Assembly (NCBI GenBank): GCA_918797485.1
Contig: CAKKNE010000003.1
Coordinates: forward strand, 1,922,001-1,986,000
Length of the DNA stretch: 64,000 nucleotides
Direction: 5' to 3'
Source: Pelagomonas calceolata
Lineage: Eukaryota
Position numbers and translations under genes: made by a program. The notes below the pieces were generated by a model. The model saw only the letters and a program-made list of their open reading frames with translations, did no database searches and was not told the origin of the DNA. How positions within the stretch are numbered: the stretch's first letter is position 1; each line of letters opens with the position of its first letter. Below are positions 62,114-64,000 of this stretch, one piece after another.

Positions 62114-62386
62114 CTTTGCATACGTGCCAGAAAATGTTCTTGCGTACCAATTCAATCCCTTTGCAAGTCTGAACCAAAAAAGCACCGCGGGAAGCAGGCT
62201 TAGCTAGCGGTGAGACATACTAGGCTTGCTTAAGCTTTTGCAAAAAGAAAGAGCATTATAAACCGAGGCAGCCAACCAGTAGCCTCGTGTAACTCTCTGG
62301 GCCTCCCCGGGGCAGCCCCGGCCGAAGCCAGCATGCATGCGTGCGGTGCAGCCGAGAGCCACTCACGATGATGACAGAGCACAATA

Positions 62387-63367
62387 ATGCGTAGCATCGC
62401 GGTCGCCGCAGCAATCCTCGCGCGATGTCTCGCCGACGACGCAGTCAACGTATCGCGTGTCGCGGCCTGGGCGCTGCAGCGCCGGGAAGAACGCATTAGG
62501 CGCTGGCTGCCCTCTCAGCCGTTCAATCGCACCGGATTCCGCCTCGTGCCCGTCCCTCCGAAGCTCGAGCGCGGCTTTTTGCTGGTCGCGACGAAGTCGC
62601 CCGTCGAACGCCTCCGCCGCAACGAGTCGACCAACGACAACCTCGGGGCTATACTGAGGGACGTGTGCGCCACGCCGTACCCCGCTCGCTTAGTCGTGAG
62701 GACGCCGTCGGAGAAGGCGCGCGCCGAGCGATTTCGGCCCTGCCCCAAGATCGAGATCGTGGCCCTCGAGGCGACGGACGCGCCGATGGAAAGGCTGGCG
62801 CGCGCGACGTCGCTGCGGCTGTTCAAGGTCGGCGCGCTGGCCGCGAATCTACCCTTGTACAAAGACGGCACCTTGTATCTCGACAACGACATAGCCATTC
62901 GACGGGACCGCGCGGACGTGCTGATGGGTTTATTTGATGAAGTGCGGAAGCGGCACAAGGCGCTGGGCGTCACGAAGAGTCATCTCTGCATTCCGCGGGG
63001 CCACTGGACGTCCGAGGTGCCGCCGGGCTACTGCGAGCGGAACGGTGGCATACTCTTCTTCAGTGCGGCAAATCGGTCCGCGGCGCTGGCACGAGAATGG
63101 CTCGAGGAGATGCGGCAAGGCACGTCCAAGGACGGCCGAGACCAGATGCCGTTGCGCAAGGTGCTCTGGCGCCACCGCGACGACGAGGTGTTTGACCTAC
63201 CCGTAGGGATCCAGTGCGGCCCGTACTGCGACCCTTGCAGTACCGACGACCCCCCCTTACTCTGGCACACGAAGCGCATAGACCGAGTGAGATGGGCGCA
63301 GAAGATGCTTTTGAAATCAAGGCGCAAGGGCGTGAGCGCGCGATCCGTGTGCGGCTTCCAGCCATAG
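62387..63367 (+). CDS. GT-A fold glycosyltransferase-like secretory protein
   Basis: Signal peptide; YLDND (DxD), ERNGGILFF, RDQMPLRKVLW. Confidence 0.7.
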   Translation: MRSIAVAAAILARCLADDAVNVSRVAAWALQRREERIRRWLPSQPFNRTGFRLVPVPPKLERGFLLVATKSPVERLRRNESTNDNLGAILRDVCATPYPARLVVRTPSEKARAERFRPCPKIEIVALEATDAPMERLARATSLRLFKVGALAANLPLYKDGTLYLDNDIAIRRDRADVLMGLFDEVRKRHKALGVTKSHLCIPRGHWTSEVPPGYCERNGGILFFSAANRSAALAREWLEEMRQGTSKDGRDQMPLRKVLWRHRDDEVFDLPVGIQCGPYCDPCSTDDPPLLWHTKRIDRVRWAQKMLLKSRRKGVSARSVCGFQP

Positions 63368-63376
63368 TTAAATGTT

Positions 63377-64000
63377 TTAAATCTTACTAGGACCCTCCTT
63401 GACGAGGATGAAAACGTTGCCGCGGTCGCCACGCGAGATCCGCATCTCGTCGTCGAGGTAGGTCGTCGTCAGCACGCCCCGCGCGCTCTTCGGCGCCGGC
63501 AATTTCAGCCAACCAATCCCGAACCGCTTGAAGATGACATCTACCGTCGCGCCGTCATCCCGCGGCTCGAGCTTCGCCCTCACAGAATTCCGCAGCAATC
63601 CGCCTAACACCCACTCCTCGTTCTTCGCCGTGAGCTTTCCCGCGTTAATGTCCTGCAGGATGCGTCGACGCGGCCGGAACGGCCTCATGCGGCGCGTGCC
63701 CAGGATCGATTCGGAGGTCGTGAAGACCAAGCGCCACCGCCCGGAGAGCAGCGGCGACTCGTTCGGTTTCGGCGTGGGGTTTTCTTTTTCGAGCGCCTCC
63801 ACGTGACTGAGCACCGCACCCCGACGCTTTTCGTCCCGGCCTTGCCTTGCCTCTCGCGCCTCTGCGATAAGGCGAATGCGCGGCCCGGCGCAGCCCAATT
63901 TTCGGAACTCCTCGTCGCTCGCATTCAATACCTCGCATAGGTCCACGTCGTCCTCGACGGTCGCGTGCAGGCGCGTCGCGCATCTCCTTGGTGTCGGTGC
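63377..64000 (-). CDS. PAP/fibrillin plastid lipid-associated protein, 5'-partial
   Basis: LEKENPTPKP...LLSGRWRLVFTT and TTYLDDEMRISRGDRGNVFIL. Frame is open to the window edge through a transit-like segment. Confidence 0.9.
   Translation of the reverse strand, partial: APTPRRCATRLHATVEDDVDLCEVLNASDEEFRKLGCAGPRIRLIAEAREARQGRDEKRRGAVLSHVEALEKENPTPKPNESPLLSGRWRLVFTTSESILGTRRMRPFRPRRRILQDINAGKLTAKNEEWVLGGLLRNSVRAKLEPRDDGATVDVIFKRFGIGWLKLPAPKSARGVLTTTYLDDEMRISRGDRGNVFILVKEGPSKI

Noticed and set aside
1..64000. Hundreds of Arg/Ala/Pro-rich overlapping ORFs in the track
   Set aside because: These are shadow ORFs expected in high-GC coding DNA. They overlap better-supported genes and have no motifs.
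1..64000. Prokaryotic operons or a bacterial defence island (NACHT next to KAP-like)
   Set aside because: Introns, TAF8, ASAFAP-type signals and alternating gene orientation indicate a eukaryotic nucleus. The KAP-like ORF lacks its NTPase core.
1..64000. tRNA, rRNA or transposase genes
   Set aside because: None recognised by eye. Small RNAs could be missed without tRNAscan or Infernal.

Overview
This is gene-dense, high-GC eukaryotic nuclear DNA, not prokaryotic. Spliceosomal introns (including GC-AG), ASAFAP-type bipartite plastid signals and introner-like introns suggest a pelagophyte alga of the Pelagomonas/Aureococcus type; the taxon is an inference. About 37 mostly single-exon genes are present, including TAF8, a CGFS glutaredoxin, ArgRS, DDX49, a GH95 fucosidase, a SEL1-like protein, a CNBD channel, a NACHT-LRR protein, two SET proteins and fibrillin, plus several 5'-truncated gene relics. 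Five signals stand out. (1) Introner-like introns with terminal inverted repeats, one with a perfect 8-bp target-site duplication that supplies the splice donor. (2) A secreted FG-GAP protein built from tandem exon+intron cassettes, with seven homologous introns (six GC-AG) and hypervariable exon loops. (3) A bipartite CTAG...CTAG motif in nearly every divergent intergenic region, and a second motif (AAAACGGGTTTT) in co-directional spacers. (4) An NLR-like protein with apparent integrated Tudor-like and Zn-finger domains. (5) A small ORF whose stop is one codon upstream of the JmjC start. All calls are by eye; no database searches were run.
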